From: Candidatus Thermosaccharophagus tengchongensis | Lineage (GTDB): Bacteria > Armatimonadota > Fervidibacteria > Fervidibacterales > Thermosaccharophagaceae | Direction: 5' to 3' (one strand) | DNA: 64,000 nt | Assembly: GCA_032161105.1 (NCBI GenBank) | Contig: JAVHTD010000013.1 | Shown: piece by piece, positions 28,926 to 39,360 of the stretch | Layout of the letters: each line of letters starts with the position of its first letter | Numbering within the stretch: position 1 is the stretch's first letter | The notes under the pieces: generated by a model | What the model saw: the letters and a program-made list of their open reading frames with translations, nothing else | What the model was told of the DNA's origin: nothing | Databases searched by the model: none | Translations under genes and position numbers: made by a program

Positions 28926-30125
28926 ATGCCGATCTTCTCATACCGAGCAAGGGATAAAGATGGGCGCTTGCACTTTGGGTTTGAGTTGGCGCCATCACGG
29001 GAGGAAGCGGTGAGCAAGCTGATGGAAAAAGGGCTTCGGGTCATTGAGGTGAAGGAACACAGGGAGCACCCGATGAAGCAATTCAGCGCATGGGCATACA
29101 GGACATTTAACATCTTCCAACCGAGCGCAAAACACTACGCCATCTTCTTCAGAAGCCTTTCGTCGGCGCTGTCGGCTGGGATGACAGTGTATGAGGCATT
29201 TGACATGCTCTCGTCATCTGCACCTCATGGGGCATTGCGCAAAGCAGCTGCCAATGTGAAACTCCTTGCGCGCTCAAATTTCGCCCTATCGCAAGCGCTG
29301 GCACGGCATCCACACCTTTTTCCGGGGTTCATCGTGAGCATGATTCAAATTGGCGAAGAGAGCGGCAGGTTGGATTCCGTGCTTGACTTGCTCGCCAATT
29401 ACTACGAGAGGGAGCACGAGCACTCCCTTGAACTGAAGCGCGAGACATTCTACCCGATAATGCTGTGTGCGTTCCTCATCGTTTACCTCTGCGGGCTGCA
29501 ACCGCTCATTGGTTGGCTCACCGGGAAAATGTCCGCCTTTGAATTCGCGTTGGCATTCTTAAAAGGGCTTGTAGGGTATGCCCTCATCATAGCCGCCTGC
29601 TACTTTATCATCAGGGGATTGCTTTCATTGCCGCAGCTACAGTTGATTGCCGATTCCGTCCTCCTGTCATTTCCACTCGTTGGTGGGGTGAGGCGGAGGT
29701 TAGTTGAGGCGAGATTCTTAAGGGCGCTGGCTATGCTGCAAGCCTCTGGAGTTGATGCGGCGCGCTCAATCTCACTCGCCGGAGAGGCATCCGGGAGCAA
29801 AATATTTGAGGCACTTTGCAGCAGAGCTGCCTCTATGGTCAGGGGCGGAAAGAGAATGAGCGAAGCACTCGCATCCGCATCAAGACGCCTGATCACCATT
29901 CAACCGACAACACTCCAAATGATGTCAACTGCCGAAACCACTGGCTCACTTGATGACCTTCTCCCTCGCTTGGCAGATCGTTATGAGCAAGAGGCATTCA
30001 CAGCGATGCGCCAAAGGGCTATCGCAATCGGTGTAATCATGTTTTTGGGTATCGCCATCATCATCGGGGCAAAGGTCATCGGATTTTACATGGGCTATTA
30101 CGGCGCCCTATTCAATGAGCCATGA
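28926..30125 (+). CDS. Type IV pilus/T2SS platform protein (PilC/GspF family)
   Basis: MPIFSYRARD, two T2SSF repeats (GEESGRLD; AETTGSLD), YP motif, TM helices. Confidence 0.9.
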   Translation: MPIFSYRARDKDGRLHFGFELAPSREEAVSKLMEKGLRVIEVKEHREHPMKQFSAWAYRTFNIFQPSAKHYAIFFRSLSSALSAGMTVYEAFDMLSSSAPHGALRKAAANVKLLARSNFALSQALARHPHLFPGFIVSMIQIGEESGRLDSVLDLLANYYEREHEHSLELKRETFYPIMLCAFLIVYLCGLQPLIGWLTGKMSAFEFALAFLKGLVGYALIIAACYFIIRGLLSLPQLQLIADSVLLSFPLVGGVRRRLVEARFLRALAMLQASGVDAARSISLAGEASGSKIFEALCSRAASMVRGGKRMSEALASASRRLITIQPTTLQMMSTAETTGSLDDLLPRLADRYEQEAFTAMRQRAIAIGVIMFLGIAIIIGAKVIGFYMGYYGALFNEP

Positions 30126-30172
30126 TGTGCTAACCATAACAATGGCAATGAAGGTGAATGGCATTTGCTGCA

Positions 30173-31408
30173 TCAAAGGGCTGGTGGATAGTTAACCTCA
30201 ATCCCCTCCCTCACTGCTCTTGAGGCGTCCTCATAAATGGCAATATACTTGTGAGCGCACACTTCCCAGCTGACTACATCCTCAAGATACCTTTTGAGGT
30301 TGTCCCCGAGCATCCTGCGCAAGCCCTCATCGCAAGCCAACCTTATGACTTTGCGGATGAAGCTGTTCCTGTCGGTGAACATCAATCCACCTTCGCTTTC
30401 AACCGTCTGAGCCGTCAAGCCCTCAAGTGGTGCTGTAGTGATGTATGGCTTATTCAGGGCAATGATGCGCGCGAGCGTCCCGGATTGAGTTTCGTCAACA
30501 GTTGGCAAAAGGACAAAGTCGCAAATCGCCATCACCTTGTAGTAGATGAGACCCCTCGGCGTAAATTTGTAGTAGAGCGCTATGCCATCACGCTCAAGCT
30601 CACGGATCATTTCAACAACGCGCTGATAATAGGACAGGTGCTCGGGGTCCCTCATATCTCCGGCGCAAAAGAGCAGCCATTGCTCCCCAGTCCTGTAAGT
30701 TATCTCCGCGTGAATATCCCGCCATGTTTCAAGGACGAGTTCCCAGCGCTTGTTTGGCTGTATCCATCCGACAATGCCGACAACATGCTTCCCCTTAAGC
30801 TGCGGCAACCCAAGCTCCTCCTTAAACTGCTCAACTTCACCATTGCCCCACCGCCTATCCGGGCGCGCGCCATGCTGGACAACCGTAATGCGCCTTAGCA
30901 AGCGCTTTGCTTCATCGTCATCTCGCCATTGCCATTCAAGCCTCCACTTCTGGTATGCGCACTTGAGGATGCACACTGTCACCTTGGATAGCATTTGCTT
31001 TAAGAACCTCTCCTCACCCTCGCGCAATCTCCCATGGACTGTATGCGGCTCAACCACTATTGGGTAGCCATGAAGCTCATCAAGCATCTTGAGGAAGCCC
31101 TCATTGTATTCGTCCACGCCTTTCTCGCTCACTGAGCGGTATAGCCCATACTCGTGTTGGATGTGTATGACATATGGATCAAGCTCCCTGACAAGCTTCA
31201 CAACTGGCTCATACCAATCAAATCGGCTCAGGTCAATTATCGGATGGACATTCTCTCCCTCACCGTCAGTGTGCGAGATGATGTGTATCGGACGACCATT
31301 GAGACGCTTGCTTACGAACTCAAGCTGCTCTTCAACAAATGTCGCAATGCCACACGGTCTCGGTGGATAGCTGCTTATTACGACCAAAGGCTGCATAGAC
31401 TTTATCAC
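30173..31408 (-). CDS. GT4 glycosyltransferase (same subfamily as 7911-9179)
   Basis: SSYPPRPCGIATF, IQHEYGLY, PHTVH, QSGTLAR. Confidence 0.85.
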   Translation of the reverse strand: MIKSMQPLVVISSYPPRPCGIATFVEEQLEFVSKRLNGRPIHIISHTDGEGENVHPIIDLSRFDWYEPVVKLVRELDPYVIHIQHEYGLYRSVSEKGVDEYNEGFLKMLDELHGYPIVVEPHTVHGRLREGEERFLKQMLSKVTVCILKCAYQKWRLEWQWRDDDEAKRLLRRITVVQHGARPDRRWGNGEVEQFKEELGLPQLKGKHVVGIVGWIQPNKRWELVLETWRDIHAEITYRTGEQWLLFCAGDMRDPEHLSYYQRVVEMIRELERDGIALYYKFTPRGLIYYKVMAICDFVLLPTVDETQSGTLARIIALNKPYITTAPLEGLTAQTVESEGGLMFTDRNSFIRKVIRLACDEGLRRMLGDNLKRYLEDVVSWEVCAHKYIAIYEDASRAVREGIEVNYPPAL

Positions 31409-31433
31409 CCCACATCACGAATGCAGCATTAAA

Positions 31434-33086
31434 TCACCTGAGGCGAATGATTGATGCGAACCTTCTGGCGACCAATCCCACCTCCTTGAATCCCGCTAAC
31501 CATAATGTGAGCGCGAATGCGAACGCACCGATGAGCGCCGGAATAAACACGCATGCAAACCGCCCATACAAGTTAGCGCTCACCCACATTGAAATGATGC
31601 GCAAAACGGCGTGGGCAAAAACGCCCGTAACAACGCTTCCGATGGCAAACCACGCAAACGAACGAGCCATCTCAACATCCAAAAATCCATTGATCCTCCT
31701 GTTGAGCATCATCATCAACATGAGCATGTAAAACCAAGCTGCCACAGATGACGCCAATGCAAGCCCACCATGTTCCAACCGTGTTCTTACAAGCAGCAAG
31801 TTTGCGAGCATAGCCAACGCGAAGCTGCCAAGGGCAATCATGACCGGCGTTCGTGTATCACGCATTGCGTAAAATCCCCTTGCCAATACATTCTGGCACG
31901 CCATCGCCGGCACACCAATGCTGTAAAAGAGGAGTGCAGTGCCCGTGACCTGAGTGTCATACGCAGTCCAGCGACCGTATTGAAACAGGAGCGCAATGAC
32001 TTGCACCCTCAGAACACCTATGAGCACCGCTGAAGGGACGGCGAACAGCAAGATGGCTCTTACACCCGCAGCAATTTGCTTGCGAAGCTCGTCCAAAGCT
32101 TCAGTCGCTGCAAGAGTTGAAAGCGTCGGAAAGAGGGCAATGCCAATGCTTGCCCCAAACAGTGCCACAGGTAGCTGTATAACCCTGTTCGCCATCTCAA
32201 CGGATGTGGCAGCACCCTGCGACAACACCGAGCTGAAGCTCCTCGGCAGTATCGTTGAGTTGATGTATGTGACTGACAGGCTCGCCATAACGGGCAGGAT
32301 AAGCCTCATGACCTCCCTTGCCCCCTCATCGCGCCAATCAAAGCACGGTGAGAAGCTCATCCCCAACTGCCGTAACCTGAGCCACTGTATTCCAACGGCG
32401 CCGATGGCTGCCCCAATGAGCGCCCCGATTGCCATTCCTTCAACCCCGCCGCCGAGCCAGTGAGAGCAAAAATGGGCGCCAACTATGCCGCCCATGAGGA
32501 TGCCGATGTTGTAAAGCACGGATTGTAATGGCGGCTCAGCGAAGCAGCGCAATGACATCAAAGCACCGGAGAACAGAGCGCCGAGCGCAAAGAAGAACTG
32601 AGCCGGCAAAATGATGCGAACGAGCAGCACCGTGAGCCTAAGCTTATCATGATGCTCCACCATCCCGGGGAAGAGCAAAATGACAAGGCGCGGTGCGAGC
32701 AGCTCACATGCAAAAATCACAGCCGCAATTAAGATGGCGATGTAGGTCATGAGCACCCTGAAGGTTTTGATGGCTCTTTCATCCTCGCCAGCGGCAAGGT
32801 ATCCCGAGAAGACAGGTATGAACCCGGAGGACAAAGCGCCACCCGAAGCGAGCAGATACACCAAATCGGGCAAGCTAAAAGCGCATACATATGCGTCAGT
32901 GCGCCAATCCCTGCCAAAGAGCGATGTCCTACCAATATCCCTTACGACGCCGGTCACCCTTGAAAGCCCAATGAGAGCGCTCGTCATTACGGCAGCCGCA
33001 ACGACACCGCTTTTCTCATTGCGCTTCAGCGCTCTCTTTGCACCGCCAATTGAAGCCACATCACAATCATCCGTTCTATCTGGCAT
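31434..33086 (-). CDS. murJ: Lipid II flippase MurJ/MviN
   Basis: LSRVTGVVRD, DAY..AF.LPD, GGALSSGFIPVF, QLPVALFG, FYAMRDTRTP, GLALASS. Confidence 0.92.
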   Translation of the reverse strand: MPDRTDDCDVASIGGAKRALKRNEKSGVVAAAVMTSALIGLSRVTGVVRDIGRTSLFGRDWRTDAYVCAFSLPDLVYLLASGGALSSGFIPVFSGYLAAGEDERAIKTFRVLMTYIAILIAAVIFACELLAPRLVILLFPGMVEHHDKLRLTVLLVRIILPAQFFFALGALFSGALMSLRCFAEPPLQSVLYNIGILMGGIVGAHFCSHWLGGGVEGMAIGALIGAAIGAVGIQWLRLRQLGMSFSPCFDWRDEGAREVMRLILPVMASLSVTYINSTILPRSFSSVLSQGAATSVEMANRVIQLPVALFGASIGIALFPTLSTLAATEALDELRKQIAAGVRAILLFAVPSAVLIGVLRVQVIALLFQYGRWTAYDTQVTGTALLFYSIGVPAMACQNVLARGFYAMRDTRTPVMIALGSFALAMLANLLLVRTRLEHGGLALASSVAAWFYMLMLMMMLNRRINGFLDVEMARSFAWFAIGSVVTGVFAHAVLRIISMWVSANLYGRFACVFIPALIGAFAFALTLWLAGFKEVGLVARRFASIIRLR

Positions 33087-33106
33087 TGAACCGTCAACTC
33101 ACCCCT

Positions 33107-35812
33107 TCAAGCGAACACGAGTTCAACCGTCTTTATCTCAAATGGTGCGCACGGGACGGTCACGCTCCCATCTTCGTTGATCTTCAGCTCGCCTTCGCTC
33201 AACCTCTCCTCATTCAAGTTTGTCAGCCACGCAACAGTTGGCTTCTTGAACGGGCGCAAGGTCACATCCTGCGACCGGTTGCTTGAGTTGTAAAAGCGCA
33301 CAATGAGGGAATCTCGCCACTCGCATTTCTTGATCGCCGTCACAACACCAGCGGGCGGCTCAACCAAAAGGAAGCTCATCGTTGGCGGCAACGCCGCTTC
33401 CATCCTTGGATGCCATTCGCCAACGAGAGCACCAACATTGAACTCATGTGCATAGCGCTGCACAAGCGCCTCTAACCAATCGCCACCGTGTATCATGACC
33501 GCATACTTGAATGTGTGCATCCCGATGCACTGGGCTTCTGGAGTCTGTATCGCCGGACCTGCGTGTCCGGAACGAGTGAGCAAATCGCCACGGGATAACC
33601 ACCCAACACACCTGAGAAGCGTCAGGCAAATGACGGATCCAACCTCAGTTTGCTTGACTTCATACTCGGGCAAACCCTGATTGATGAGGGCAAACCCGCG
33701 CTTGCCATCGTTAACCTCAACGAATGAACATTGATGATTTGTTGGCAATGGCTTTTGCGCCCAACCTTCCCCGGATGGCAGCTTGAGCGAGCGCTCCAAA
33801 ACACAGAAGTGCCCCTCAACTATCGCCCTGTCGGAATTAATCCCGGTCGGGAAGAGGACGCGCAGGCGATGATCTTTAGCCCTATTATCAACGGTGGTTG
33901 TGAAGTCAATCCTCGGTGAGCCGGAATGCAACCTCACAACCGTTGTGATTGGCAATGTGCAAGTCCTGTTGGAGCGCGCCTTCCTGTCACCGCGCAGCTC
34001 AATCGGCAATCGCCAGTTGAGCCTTATTGTCATCTCCGCAGCGACGGCGCCAAGGCGCCTTACCCTCACAATCGCCCTCTCATTTTCCGTCGTCATAACT
34101 TGCGTCGCTTCAATCGGCGAGTAGTCATATTCATCGCCGGCATCTTCGGCATCCTCAAAGAGCAAGACGCCGCTGTATATCTCACCAGTTGCCTTGACGA
34201 GTATGTCCAATGTGCCATTGCCATTGGAGCTTATGCGGTAGTGCTCATTTTCAATTGAGTTAGCTCCAACGCTTATGTCGCTTATCATTTGCTGCCCCTT
34301 AGGTCTGCCAGCGAGGAAGTAAATCGTTGTGTAACCACATGCTGGCAGCTCATCCAACTTGATGAGCCATTGTGCCTCATCGCCAAGTCGCTCCCTGTGT
34401 GCGGCTAACACTTTTCCATCGGCACTCACAAATGTCCCAATAGCATCTGACGGCAATCTTACGCTGACGACCTCGGTGCGCTTCCATGGGAGGGTGTTGA
34501 ATACAATGAATGCCCTTGCATCACCCGACGGCGCCGATGAGGATGCATTCACATGGGAGCAAATGTTTGACAATGCCTCCCGCACAATCGCCTCACCAAC
34601 TTGCTCGGCGAGTGAATAGCGATACATATCCTCACGGTGCACTTGGTCAATGCTGCATCCGCATATGTCATCGTGCGGGTGATTCTTCATCAGCGTGCGC
34701 CACGCATACCAAATGTGCCATGACGGATAAACTTGCCCGCAGACAAGCCACGAAATGGCGCATAGCGGTTCGGTGTATCGCTCAAGCAAAGTTTGAACCC
34801 TCCAGTTGGATTGCTTCAATGGCATTCTGGAGGAGAGCACACCAGAAAGGAGGTATTGATACCGACCGCTTCTGAACTCCCCCCTGTATGTCCTCAAGTG
34901 CCCGCCAAACTGACGCACCAATTTCAAGTAGTCATGGAAGCTGCCTATGATGAGCTCTCCACCGTCCCAGTGTTCGTTGATGTAATTGACAATGTCGGGC
35001 AGCTCAGGTTGCGGCTCAACATGGTCGCACCCATTGTTGAACAACAGTGCATTTGTCCTCGCATATTTGCGCAGGCGCTCCACAAGTTCAACCGTGCGCC
35101 TCAAACCGGCTTCATAGTCAACCCTGAAGCCACCCTGTGAGTGCACATAGCCGAGGTGGACGGCGTTGCAATATCCGCCAATCTGATGCACGGCAAGCAC
35201 ATTTGATTTGCCATCCAAGCCCTCCCACAAAAACTCACTCCCCAGCTCCTCACCCTCATCACCAACGCCCCTCGTGAATATTGCTGAGTCAATTCCGAAC
35301 CCACAAAGTATCTGCGGCAGCTGCGCTATGTGCCCAAACGGATCTGGTATGTAGCCAACTTTCATTACACCACCCATGCTTGTGGCTATCTTGTGACCGA
35401 GCATCAAGTTGCGCACGATGGCTTCGGCGCTGACAAGGAATTCATCGGGGAGGACATACCAAGGTCCGATGAGCAACCTCCCAGAGCTGACAAGCTCTCT
35501 GATTTCATCGCGCCGCTCCGGACGAACCTCAAGGTAATCTTCAATGACAACCGTCTGACCATCAAACACAAAGCATTTGAACCGTTCATCGGACTTGAGC
35601 AGCTCAATGACCTTGTCGGTCAACTTAACCAGGCGTATGCGGAACTGCTCAAATGTGAGATACCATGCCCTATCCCAATGCGTGTGCGGCACAACTACGA
35701 CTGTCCACCTCTCAGCTGCGTTTCTTCCGTGCATACCACATTCACCCCCAATCATCGGAATCGCAAGCAGCGCAAACACCACCCAAAGAACGCAGCAATG
35801 CAGCGCTCTCAC
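33107..35812 (-). CDS. GH38 alpha-mannosidase (MngB-like)
   Basis: HTHWDRAW, DGQ, GPWYVLPDEFL, PDPFGH nucleophile, HPHDDICGCS, TLLRCVGWLSR; alternative start ATG 35734. Confidence 0.93.
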   Translation of the reverse strand: MRALHCCVLWVVFALLAIPMIGGECGMHGRNAAERWTVVVVPHTHWDRAWYLTFEQFRIRLVKLTDKVIELLKSDERFKCFVFDGQTVVIEDYLEVRPERRDEIRELVSSGRLLIGPWYVLPDEFLVSAEAIVRNLMLGHKIATSMGGVMKVGYIPDPFGHIAQLPQILCGFGIDSAIFTRGVGDEGEELGSEFLWEGLDGKSNVLAVHQIGGYCNAVHLGYVHSQGGFRVDYEAGLRRTVELVERLRKYARTNALLFNNGCDHVEPQPELPDIVNYINEHWDGGELIIGSFHDYLKLVRQFGGHLRTYRGEFRSGRYQYLLSGVLSSRMPLKQSNWRVQTLLERYTEPLCAISWLVCGQVYPSWHIWYAWRTLMKNHPHDDICGCSIDQVHREDMYRYSLAEQVGEAIVREALSNICSHVNASSSAPSGDARAFIVFNTLPWKRTEVVSVRLPSDAIGTFVSADGKVLAAHRERLGDEAQWLIKLDELPACGYTTIYFLAGRPKGQQMISDISVGANSIENEHYRISSNGNGTLDILVKATGEIYSGVLLFEDAEDAGDEYDYSPIEATQVMTTENERAIVRVRRLGAVAAEMTIRLNWRLPIELRGDRKARSNRTCTLPITTVVRLHSGSPRIDFTTTVDNRAKDHRLRVLFPTGINSDRAIVEGHFCVLERSLKLPSGEGWAQKPLPTNHQCSFVEVNDGKRGFALINQGLPEYEVKQTEVGSVICLTLLRCVGWLSRGDLLTRSGHAGPAIQTPEAQCIGMHTFKYAVMIHGGDWLEALVQRYAHEFNVGALVGEWHPRMEAALPPTMSFLLVEPPAGVVTAIKKCEWRDSLIVRFYNSSNRSQDVTLRPFKKPTVAWLTNLNEERLSEGELKINEDGSVTVPCAPFEIKTVELVFA

Positions 35813-36741
35813 TTACCGGAGATGAAGCCAAGGACAACAATGGTGAGTATCCAAAGGAAAACCGTGAGCACTAATGGCAGGTCTTGCAACATCCTTTCCG
35901 GTGCACCGGCTATATCTGTGCTGTATGCGAGATACATGTAACGGAACATGCCGTAGATGACATACGGTATCGTGAGCATGAGCAAGGGCGAATCAGAGTT
36001 GCCGAGCAGTATGTGTGGCGCAGTGAATGTGTATAGCGAGTAAGCCATGATTGTCGCAGCAGCGGTTGCGGCTATCATCTGGTCAAGCATCGCCGGAGAA
36101 TACTTAGGGAGCACATTCCTAAAACTCTGTGCCCTGTCACCGAGCATGAGGAGCTCATGTCGGCGCTTGCAAAGCGCTATGAAAAGCGAAAGCAAGAGCG
36201 TGCAAAGCAGAAGCCACGGTGAAATGCTAACTCCAATGGCAAGGCATCCTGCGACCACTCGCAACATAAATCCGGCGGCAACGGCAAGCACATCAATGAT
36301 GACTATGTCCTTCAGCAGCATTGAGTAAAGGAGCGCCCAGATGGGATAGGATATGGAAGCGAGCGGAAAAAGCGGTGCGCGCATCACTATGCTCACAAAG
36401 GCGGAGAGAATGAGACCGCAGAGCAAACATGTGATGGCAAACACAGCAGCCTCGCGTGGCGTTATGCGCCCAGATGGCAGCGGACGATGGCGCTTCAGTG
36501 GGTGATGCAAATCACGCTCCCTGTCTTTGAGGTCGTTGATGGCATATGCAAATGAAGAGAGCATGCAGAAGCTGACGAAGGCAAGGATGACACCAACAAG
36601 CTCAATTAGTGCCGATGGCATCGGCATCTTGAGTCTCCCGGCGAAGATGTAACCGGCAAAGAGCAATCCATTTTTGCTCCATTGCAGCGGTCTCGCAAGC
36701 TCAACCAGTGCGGCTAATTTACCACCTTCACGCATTCTCAT
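35809..36741 (-). CDS. UbiA-family decaprenyl-phosphate phosphoribosyltransferase-like protein
   Basis: RPLQWSKN, YAINDLKDRERD.HHPLKRHRPLPSG, LRVVAG, KRRHEL, YSLY, FRY. Confidence 0.88.
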   Translation of the reverse strand: MRMREGGKLAALVELARPLQWSKNGLLFAGYIFAGRLKMPMPSALIELVGVILAFVSFCMLSSFAYAINDLKDRERDLHHPLKRHRPLPSGRITPREAAVFAITCLLCGLILSAFVSIVMRAPLFPLASISYPIWALLYSMLLKDIVIIDVLAVAAGFMLRVVAGCLAIGVSISPWLLLCTLLLSLFIALCKRRHELLMLGDRAQSFRNVLPKYSPAMLDQMIAATAAATIMAYSLYTFTAPHILLGNSDSPLLMLTIPYVIYGMFRYMYLAYSTDIAGAPERMLQDLPLVLTVFLWILTIVVLGFISGK

Positions 36742-37654
36742 CCCTTCCGCTCACCGAGAATTCAACTTGCTGCGTTTCCATTTCCCAACTCCATCTCTCC
36801 CTTCCGGGGACAAGATCGGGATTATCCGCGTAGCGGCGATAAAGTTGCAAGTATGTAACCGTCGGCATCCCGAGAGAGAGCACATGCTCTATCAGCAACC
36901 TGACTATGCGACAATCCTCACTCAGCCGATAAATTGAGTGTGGGTGATAGACCAGAGAAATGTAATCAAGCCGATATCTCAGTGCCCTGTCAATCCAGAC
37001 TTTTTGCACCTCAAGTTCCTCCTCCGGTGTTCTTGTAGGGCGGCTTGGTATTCCCCACGGCAGGAGCTTCGGCCAAGGAAGCGTCAGGCGTGGCTCAAGC
37101 GAGCCATCCGGATCCTTGAGCACATTGTCATGCCAACCGTGTGCCGGCAACTCAAGCAAATGCGGGAAGCCTTCCACATCATACCAATACGCCTGTTGCA
37201 ATCCCGAGGGGATTGAATCCGCTGGTCCTCTCGCATCGCTGCTGATGAATTTAAATCCGCACGACCATATCACTCCCAGGCGCTCAACCTCACCTTGCAT
37301 TCCCCTGTAGAAACCGCATGGCGTTCTAAAGCCGATGCACTCAACACCAAATGCCTCCTCAACAAGGCGCTTGCCGAGGTCAAGCTCCATTCGCATCTCC
37401 TCAATTGATATCCCGTGACCGTGCATGGCGCTGTCTTTAAGCAGCTTGTGAGAGTAAGTGTGCGACTGAATGTCAAAAAGGGTGTCGCCGAGAAGGAGTT
37501 CACGCAGCTCCTCGCCACTCTGCTCAATGACTTTTCCGACCACGAAGAATGTTGCAGGCACATTATACCGGCGGTGAATTTCAACAATCGTTGGCAATGC
37601 CTTCATGCAAAGCTGTGGATGCTCAACATCGTAGCTGAAGACATAGCTCGTCAC
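36728..37654 (-). CDS. Polysaccharide deacetylase (CE4/NodB-like)
   Basis: SYDVE, ATFFV, SHTYSH, GFRTP, YHP; GTG start at 37654 after AGGAGGGG. Confidence 0.8.
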   Translation of the reverse strand: MTSYVFSYDVEHPQLCMKALPTIVEIHRRYNVPATFFVVGKVIEQSGEELRELLLGDTLFDIQSHTYSHKLLKDSAMHGHGISIEEMRMELDLGKRLVEEAFGVECIGFRTPCGFYRGMQGEVERLGVIWSCGFKFISSDARGPADSIPSGLQQAYWYDVEGFPHLLELPAHGWHDNVLKDPDGSLEPRLTLPWPKLLPWGIPSRPTRTPEEELEVQKVWIDRALRYRLDYISLVYHPHSIYRLSEDCRIVRLLIEHVLSLGMPTVTYLQLYRRYADNPDLVPGRERWSWEMETQQVEFSVSGRDENA

Positions 37655-37858
37655 ATCTAATCCCCTCCTTACAGTTCCCAGATCGCTTTGCGGACTTGCA
37701 ACCCAAAGCCAACTCAGACTACAAATTTGCATTTTGACATGCTCATGCCAGCAATGCATCTCGGTGGGCATCGGGCGCGCGTTACGGTTACAATTTGCAG
37801 TTGAGCTTGACGAGAGCTTGCTTCATCGGGTCCGAATCCGGGAAGGGAAGCAAACCAA

Positions 37859-39274
37859 ATGGAGGCGGAGGTGGGAGAGATGTTTCACATGATGCGCAAA
37901 GAGCTTACAGCGTGGCGCAATCGGATTGCTTGGCTGATAACGAGTGTTGGCAGAGCCAAGTTGAGCATACTCCCGGATGGCGGGGAGGGAGAAAAGAGCT
38001 TAGCTGAGGAACTGGTCACGGCATTGAGGCTCGCATTCTCTCAGCCGCGTCTCAGCCTCATGATGTTCATTCAGTATGCAGTTTGGGGAGCTTGGTTTCC
38101 AGCTCTTTCGGGTTACCTTGAGAAGCACCTCGGGTTTGCTGGGAAACAGATTGGATGGATATACAGCATGCTTCCGCTCGCCAACTTGATTGTGCCATTC
38201 ACTGCCGGACAAGTCGCGGATAGATGGCTACCGGCGCAAATTGCATTGAGCCTATTCCATCTCACCGGCGGGTTGATCATGCTCGCCATGGCTTTTCAGA
38301 GCGGCTTTTGGACACTGCTTATGCTCATGCTTATCTGCGCTATCCTATATGCACCAACACTCGCCCTGACAAACACGATTGCATTGCGCAACCTTGTGGA
38401 TCCGAAGAGGGAGTTCGGTCCAATAAGGGTGTGGGGAACGATAGGTTGGATAGTTTCTGGATTGTTGCTCACTGTGCTGCGCAACTTCTTTGGGAGTGAG
38501 GGTTGGCGTCTCTCCCCGGAAGTGAGAGTCATTGATGTATTCGTGCTCGCCAGTGTGCTCTCGTTCATCATGTGCATCGTCTCATTAACTTTGCCGCACA
38601 CACCACCGGTTAAGGAGGCGCCAGACCCGCTTGCCTTCAGAAGGGCATTTGTGCTCTTGCGCAACAGAAGCTACCTCACCTTCTTCATCATCGCCTTCGT
38701 TGTGGCGACGGAACTTCAACTCTACTATGTCCTCACATTCCCATTCCTCTCGCAATGGCAGGGGAAGGTTTACGGGATAACCACCGAGAACCTGCCGGCA
38801 TACATGACCATAGCTCAGATAGCTGAGATATTCGTGATGACATTCATGCTGCCATATGGGTTGCCGAGATGGGGTGTCAGAAATTCGCTGCTTATAGGTT
38901 TGATAGCATGGCCTGCGCGATATTTCATCTTCTCAATTGCATGGTCGTTGTATGCCACTGCGCCAGCTTTCGTTTGGCTCGCCATAGCTGCTCTGGCGTT
39001 ACATGGATTTTGCTATGTCTTCTTCTTCGTTGTGGCTTTCATCTACACGGATATGGTTGCGCCACCCGACATCAGAGCATCGGCACAGTCGCTTATTAAC
39101 CTCGCTGTGCTCGGCGTTGGATTGCTAATCGGCAGTTGGTTTGCCGGTTGGTTAAAGGATATCTGCACCAATGCATCCGGGATGACAAATTACACCATCG
39201 TATTTCTCGTGCCGGGCATCATCACCTTGATATGCGCATTCATATTCGCAACCCTATTCCGAGAGGAGCGCTAA
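37859..39274 (+). CDS. MFS nucleoside:H+ symporter family (NupG/XapB-like); start uncertain
   Basis: RLSLMMFIQYAVWGAW, ADRW, YAPTLALTN, IRVWGTIGWI, AQIAEI, LHGFCY, RASAQ. Confidence 0.88.
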   Translation: MEAEVGEMFHMMRKELTAWRNRIAWLITSVGRAKLSILPDGGEGEKSLAEELVTALRLAFSQPRLSLMMFIQYAVWGAWFPALSGYLEKHLGFAGKQIGWIYSMLPLANLIVPFTAGQVADRWLPAQIALSLFHLTGGLIMLAMAFQSGFWTLLMLMLICAILYAPTLALTNTIALRNLVDPKREFGPIRVWGTIGWIVSGLLLTVLRNFFGSEGWRLSPEVRVIDVFVLASVLSFIMCIVSLTLPHTPPVKEAPDPLAFRRAFVLLRNRSYLTFFIIAFVVATELQLYYVLTFPFLSQWQGKVYGITTENLPAYMTIAQIAEIFVMTFMLPYGLPRWGVRNSLLIGLIAWPARYFIFSIAWSLYATAPAFVWLAIAALALHGFCYVFFFVVAFIYTDMVAPPDIRASAQSLINLAVLGVGLLIGSWFAGWLKDICTNASGMTNYTIVFLVPGIITLICAFIFATLFREER

Positions 39275-39360
39275 ACGAGATCCCGCACGCTATCTACGGC
39301 GCTATACACACTCCGCAGGCTGTGCAGCTGCGACATACAAGTCAGATGAGGTGATGCTCC

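Noticed and set aside
28926..30125. Isolated pilC as evidence of a new secretion system
   Set aside because: Dispersed pilC paralogs are common and no other pilus genes are nearby.
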